NCBI RefSeq assembly: GCF_018977255.1
Contig: NW_024705471.1
Span: 1 to 42,094, forward strand
Direction of reading: 5' to 3'
Source: Callorhinchus milii
Taxonomy: Eukaryota
DNA length: 42,094 bases
Both the position numbers and the translations under genes were made by a program. Under the pieces are notes generated by a model that searched no databases, had not been told where the DNA came from, and was given only the letters and a program-made list of their open reading frames with translations. Below, in pieces: positions 36,091 to 42,094 of this stretch (positions within the stretch are counted from its first letter, which is position 1; the number at the start of each line of letters is the position of its first letter).

Positions 36091-37059
36091 CACAAGTAAA
36101 ACCAATTGTAAAATAATAATCTCTGCATGGTCAACATTCCTGTGAAGAAGCTGCCAGATCTTGCACACTCTAAAGGCAGATAATCTGTCAGTCAGAACAG
36201 CAGTGGTTGGGTTTAAGGTTGCAGCTGTCGGAGGCAGTTGTGTGTCAGGAGCGTGGGGAGGTTGACCTCATATCTGTGAATTCTATTCCTCATTGGGAAT
36301 TTTTAGACAGTGCAGAGAAAAGGCCGGAGGATGAATCTCTGAAGAGTACCGCTTGGGTACATTTGGAAACAGCAAAACAAGTCATTTGAATTGCCAAAAA
36401 AGGAATGCTGGAATAGGTAACCGTGAAACTAGGATAGGACAGAATCTTGAAGGTGGAACAGAGAGTTGAGAGAAGAATAGTGTGGATAAGCGAGGAAGAA
36501 AGCAAATTGATTCTGAGAACAAGGAGCTGGAAGAGTCCTGGTCACCGATAGATGTCACTGATAACTCGGACCCGGGCAGTCGGTGCTGTGAATTAAGGTA
36601 AAGTTTGGATTGGAGGGGCTCACTCAGGGAAAGAAGCTTTATAAATGCAAGAAATTAAATAAAACATAGACTGAAACCAGAGTCACAAGCTGGCCCTTCT
36701 CTCTTTCTATTCTACGTGACTGACTTCATACAGATCCATGGCAGAGGTAGTTCTTATATCAAAATTTAAATTATATTAAAGAAAGCTGAAACAATATATA
36801 ATTTCACTGATGACACTTTGCGTTGTGCCTGACGGATGCAGAAACCCATCATTGTGCTTAGGAGTCTCCAACGCAGACACCAGTGGCAATGAATCATCCT
36901 CATGCCTGCAAACGATTGGCATTTTGTCTTCAACAGACTGAGACACCACATTTCGCAGGAAATATTATGCAACGATTTGTGATGCCTTTCAGATTACAAA
37001 AGGGCAATATTATTATATTAATATATGAAATGTATAAATATATGTAAGGTGCAATACGG

Positions 37060-37326
37060 TCAGTGGTGGAGACCTCAACTGCTGTCCATCTAATTTCTAC
37101 AACCGACTCCTCCTCCATCCCCGAGGAGGGGGGAAATGGTCAGGGTGAGGGGAGGGAAGGGAGGCAGCGAGGAGGGGGAAGAGAGTCGAGAGGGGAGCTG
37201 AAGGCTCGGTCAAAGAGAAAGGTTTTGAGACCGGCCTTGAAGGAGGAGAGGGAGGAAGCAAGGCGAAGGCACTGGGGGATAGAGTTCCAGAGCCTAGGGG
37301 CTGAGAGGCTGAAGGCCCGACCACCG
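37060..37326 (-). mobile_element. L2 LINE 3' fragment
   Basis: Highly similar to 16352-16550. Confidence 0.8.
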
Positions 37327-38580
37327 CTGCAAATCGGTTTTCCTCAATTAACGTCCACCACGTTTTTAAAAGTAGTCATCGAATAGGCCTCGACCACCCT
37401 TATAGGCAATGCCTTCCAGGTTCCAAAAACTCGCTGCGTGAAAAAAAAAAAATTTTCGCCTCACCTCTGCTTCTTTTCGAGACTATTTTGAATCTGTGAC
37501 CTCGAGTCACCGACAGAACCACCAGTGGAAACAGTTGTTCGTTTCCTATCCTGTCAAATCCCCTCATGATTTTGAAGATCTCTATTAGGTCTACCTCGTA
37601 ATTTTCTCTGCCCCATTGAGAATAATCCCAGCCTCACTAACCTCTCCTCATAACCAAGGTCCCTCATTCCTGGTGCCATTCTTGTAAATCTCCTGTGCAC
37701 ACTTTCCAATGTCTTAACATCCTTCTTTTAGTTTGGTGCCCAGAACTGTGCGCAGTATCCTAACCAGTGATTTTTATACGTTAATCATAACCTCCTGAAT
37801 CTTGCACTCTTTGGCCCTAGTTATAAAGCCTATTATACCATATGCCCTTTTTACAGCTTTGTCTACCTGTCTTGCCACATTCAAAGATTCATTTACCTGC
37901 ATCCCTAATTCTCACTGTTCTTTTCCCCCATTACCCAGACTATGTTGCATCCCCTGATTCTTTCCACCAAAATGCATTACCTCGCATTTATCCATATTCA
38001 ATCTCTGCCATGTGTCTGCCCATTATACCATTCTGTCTAAATCTTCCTGCAGTTGGCTCCTATCCTTCTCAATGTTTCCTACCCTACCTAGCTTTGTGTC
38101 GTGAGCAAACTCGGAGGTGTTGCTGGCTGTACGCAAGTCCAGATCATATAAATATATCAAGAAAAGCAGTGTTCTTAACACCAATTCATGGGGGACGCAA
38201 CTGAACTAATTCTTCCAGACATAAATGCAGCCTTTCACCACAACACTCTGCTTTCTGTCTCCCACCCAGTTCTGGATACATGCTGCTACTGTCCCTTTTA
38301 TACCATGGGCTTCTATCTTTCTTTCAAATCTCTCACGTGCACTTTGTCAAATGCCGTTTGAAATTCCACATAAGCTACATCAGCAGCAATGCCTTTACCC
38401 AACCTCTACGTTACCTCATCGAAAAATTCTATTAGATTTGATAGGCAAGATTTGCCTTTGAAAAATACATGTTGGCTGTCTCTAATTAACCGATATTCTT
38501 CTAAGTGAAGATATAATCTACCCAGATTATAGTCTCCAGGAGTTTACCCACTACTGATGTTAGGCTGACTGACCTGTAGT
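37327..38580 (-). mobile_element. CR1 LINE fragment, inverted paralog of 22740-23945
   Basis: The reverse complement is colinear with 22740-23945 and shares the same non-CR1 flank. Confidence 0.88.
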
Positions 38581-38874
38581 TATTAGGCCTTCTGCATGTC
38601 CACTGTTCCACCATTGGCGAACACGTTTCCCACTACGCAGCCAATCAGTGCCCAAAATTCCTAAATACACTTCATCTCTTATTCCGCCTTGACCCTACAG
38701 TAATTTCCACTGTGCCTACTTTGACCCCTTGCCCTCCACACCGGCTCGGAGTTAAGCTGCGCCATTATTATGCATTGCTATGTGTGAGTGGTGCAATGTC
38801 AATACAAATTCTTGTTGTTGTTGACAGGAAGCATTTAACCTGGGGCCCCTTGTGAGTGTGTTTAGGCGTTTTGT

Positions 38875-39196
38875 GGAGACCTGTAGCTCAGTGGTTAGAG
38901 CACTCGCTTTGTAAGTGAGAAACCTGAGTTCAACTCCAGGCAGGTCGAAACCTTGGGCAAGTTTCCTTACTCCACATGCCTAATAATAATCCCTCCAAAA
39001 CCAAAAACAATACTAAATTGGTCATTTTGAATTTACGACTGTTTGTGGGACATTGCTGTGCGCAATTGACCGCCGCGTTTTCCCACAAATATACAGTCAA
39101 TTCACTTTACAGTGTATTCTGCGAAGCGCTTTGGGACGTCCTCCCGACGTGAAAAGCGCTATATCAAATGCAAGGATTATTATTATCATTATTATT
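38875..39196 (+). mobile_element. tRNA-derived SINE with head, Deu-like body and (TTA)n tail
   Basis: The head has an A-box (TAGCTCAGTGG) and a B-box-like GAGTTCAACTCC. The 3' end is AAGCGCTTTGGGACGTCCTCCCGACGTGAAAAGCGCTATATCAAATGCAAGG(ATT)n. It is absent at the equivalent site of the other duplication arm (about 22430). Confidence 0.9.
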
Positions 39197-40089
39197 GTTA
39201 ACAAATATATCAGACTTTAACCTGACAACGCGTTCATCAACAGGCCAGTATTGGCCGAAGCCCTACCCTCCCTCTGGCAGGGTAGTTTCCCCTGTTCAAC
39301 ACAGATCCACCTCATGATCCTCGCCTTCAGAAATGGGCTGCAGAAAGCTCTCTCCATTAAACACAGGAGAATGGAAACACAAAGGAGAATACTTTGAACG
39401 TGGTTTCTACCCAAACTTTCGACATTACTCATCCTTATGACGGCGTCCTGCTGACCTCATACCAACCTGTTTCTTCCTCTGCCGAGCAAACTCTGGCCTT
39501 TTCCACGGATCCCCGCTCGATCGGCCACACAACCAACGCTTGTGCCTTCAGCATTTCTGAGCCTACCTTGTGGAATTCTATCCCACATTCCCTTCTTGCC
39601 TCCTTGAAATTGAGACTTAAAATTCTTCTGTAACGCCAAACTTTTGTCCACACTGTTACAGGCCCTGCCCTCCACACTCACCGATCCTGAACCCCAGCTC
39701 AGGTCCGAATCCTTGTTTTTCCAGCGCCTTGGGATGCACTCCGATGTGAAAGGCGCTATTCAAATGTTATACTGCGTAGCATTGTATCATTTGACCATTT
39801 GCTGCTCTCTAAATATAGACCTAATTTATCACGCAGGAGAGCAGCGAAACCCATGTACATTACAACATGAGTCACATCCACATAAATAATAACATTTGGA
39901 GGGCACAAATAAAAGCATTTACTAATCTAATTTATTGAATCTAACTTTCCTTATTAAATCGGTGTTGTCGCACAATGGATTTTGAGTTACACAATGCTGC
40001 AGGACAATAATACCTGAAACTTATTGCTACGTTTCTGAAGTTGTTTGTTCCACCGTCTATTACTAATGCGATGATCACATCATTTCACA

Positions 40090-40122
40090 ATCTCCATGGA
40101 GTTTCCCAATGGCTACAAATAT
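40090..40122 (+). promoter_or_regulatory. Candidate core promoter of gene C (O/E-like palindrome plus TATA-like box)
   Basis: CTCCATGGAG at 40092-40101, 12 bp, then TACAAATA at 40114. Confidence 0.35.
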
Positions 40123-40191
40123 GTGACAGCATTACCTCAATGTGACAGAAGGGTCTGCTCTATTTTGCAAACGATGTCGCTGCTGTGAAAG

Positions 40192-40264
40192 ATGCCACGA
40201 AGATCTAAACTTTGGAGTATACAAGTCATTTATTATCCTGTTCTTGCAGCAGTTGGAATTCCAG
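40192..40264 (+). CDS. GPCR gene C exon 1
   Basis: gaaagATG...CCA G|gtgagt: 73 bp encoding MPRRSKLWSIQVIYYPVLAAVGIP plus 1 nt. Confidence 0.92.
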
Positions 40265-40739
40265 GTGAGTTAAATCACTGCTAGTAATTACTAGTGGATA
40301 CGTGTAGCTCAGTGTTTAGACCACTCTCCGAGCAAGCAACAGGACTGTGTTCCTATCCCAGCAAGGTTAAACGTTCGGCAAGTTTCCTTACTCCACTTGC
40401 CCAAATCTCTCCAGTTCTCCCCGTCGTCCAGAAAACTTGTCCTCCCTACAATTCTACGTAACGCTTCTCAGTTGCATCTTCTCGCCTTTGGCTCTTCCCC
40501 ACTGATTTACCTATCGCATTTCTTGAAGGTTTCTCCTTTTCTGCACAGTAATACGCTAAATTCAACTTGTCACTGAACAAGCCTGGTGCACCTTTTTATA
40601 ATGGCTTCATTCTATTATAAACAACACCGTTTAATTTCACTTCCTGATTGCTTCACTGGTGTTTATACCAACAGACTCGTCAGAATATTATTCCACAGGT
40701 CAGCTTCTAACATATTTGCCTGATTTGTTTCTCTTACAG

Positions 40740-41647
40740 TTAATTTACTGGCAATTGGGATCCTGTCCCGAGGAAAGTGCGGACTCTCCAAATGTATCAC
40801 TCGCTACCTGGTGGCCATGGCAGCGGCGGATCTGTCAGTCATTGTCTCCGAAGTAATTCTTAAACGGATTGGTGAGATTTATTTACTTACCTCATATTTG
40901 TTCTACACTCCTGTCTGCAGCTTCATTCATGTCATTTCTGCAGCCGCCGTGGACTCTGCTGTGTGGCTAACCGTGGCTTTCACCTTTGATCGCTTTGTGG
41001 CCGTTTGTTGTCAGAAACTGAAACAAAAGCACTGCACTGAGAGAACAGCGTCTGTGGTTATAGGAACTTTAAGTGCGTTGCTCTGCTTGGAAAATATTCC
41101 CTTGTATTTTGCATTCCACAGTTACGGTAAAATTCATAACTTGCCCTGGGGCTGCCTTGTCAAACCAAACCTTCTCTATCAGCCCGCATGGATTACGTTT
41201 TATTGGTTTGAACAGATTTTGGTCCCTTTGCTCCCATTCGTGTTGATTTTGCTGCTCAACGCTCTGACTGTCAGATACATTCTTGTGGCGAGTCGAGTCC
41301 GCACTAGATTGCGGGTCTGCAACAGCAGCGCTGATCACCGCAGTGATCCGCAAATGGAGAACAGAAAGAAATCCATCATTTTACTGTTCACTATATCACT
41401 CAGTTTTGTATTGTTGTGGATGATATCTGTTGCACATTACATACTCTACAGAGCTACAGGAGTTTACAACGCAAGAGGCTTCTATAACCCTTTGGCAATG
41501 TTTGAAGAAGCAGGTTTTATGCTTCAGCTGCTGAGTTCCTGCACAAACACAGCCATCTATGCTGTCACCCAGACCAAATTCAGAGACGAGCTGAAGAATG
41601 CAGTTAAATATCCTTTTACAATGATTAGTAAATATTTTCAACAGTGA
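40740..41647 (+). CDS. GPCR gene C exon 2; spliced product 326 aa, GPR139/GPR142-like, close paralog of gene B
   Basis: Acceptor tttctcttacag|TTAAT. The 908-bp exon is in frame with ORF 40811..41647 and has the same 7TM motifs. Intron 40265-40739. AATAAA at 42010 and 42087. Confidence 0.93.
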
Positions 41648-42094
41648 AAAGGGTGGCTACAAAATACAGGAGATGCTACACCAAAGCAGACATACTCTTA
41701 ACCCATGTATTTATGACTGCATCCGTTACAGCGTTTATCCTGTAAATCACCATTATTGGTTGTGTCATGTTATGGTTCTGATCAGTGTCCTGAAATTTAC
41801 GCTTTAAGTCTGGGCTCCTTGTTATGGTCAGAAATTAATTACTGTTCATGTTATTGCTTTAGATAAGTTAGTTTAAATTAGTTAGTTATTTAAACGTAAA
41901 GTGATATGCTATACGTGAGAATATATTGATAATATTATTTCTTGTAATCCCGCAATGCTGACACTGTTTATTGGAACATTGCGAAATAATATGTATTTTC
42001 CCTATATTAAATAAACAAGCTATGAATCATAAAATAACAGTGACATCAGTGCCTCTGATTTCGGTTTCCGACTTTTTATCTATAATAATAAAGA

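Larger units (their letters stand above)
37327..42094 (+). repeat. Right arm of inverted segmental duplication containing gene C (runs off the window end)
   Basis: The last bases TTTTTATCTATAATAATAAAGA match the reverse complement of about 19510-19531. Confidence 0.9.

Noticed and set aside
38875..38950. tRNA-like sequence (also in introns at about 40295-40400 and 21230-21340)
   Set aside because: SINE heads. They continue into SINE body and lack a complete cloverleaf.

Overview
Eukaryotic, repeat-rich vertebrate DNA. The L2/CR1/Penelope/Deu-type SINE content and the receptor family point to a cartilaginous fish (inference). The window holds part of a cluster of two-exon class A GPCR genes of the GPR139/GPR142-like family. 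There are three intact genes: A, minus strand, join 12073-12004 and 10705-9810, 321 aa; B, minus strand, join 21440-21368 and 20873-19966, 326 aa; C, plus strand, join 40192-40264 and 40740-41647, 326 aa. Two degraded pseudogene relics missed by the ORF track lie at 1101-1226 (-) and about 16682-17240 (+). B and C sit in the arms of a head-to-head inverted duplication of at least 4.4 kb. They are about 85% identical by manual count, but differ at 14 of 23 residues in the TM6-ECL3-TM7 segment. All three genes have an O/E(EBF)-like site 12 bp upstream of a TATA-like box. Together this suggests a diversifying, possibly chemosensory receptor repertoire (hypothesis). The window also contains a Penelope-like element with a minimal hammerhead ribozyme motif, two tRNA pseudogenes (one an Asn body with a GCT anticodon), a CpG-rich promoter-like island with ZNF143/YY1/CRE motifs next to a 3-kb GA/GT satellite, several local segmental duplications, and many LINE/SINE fragments. 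All alignments and identities were done by eye.
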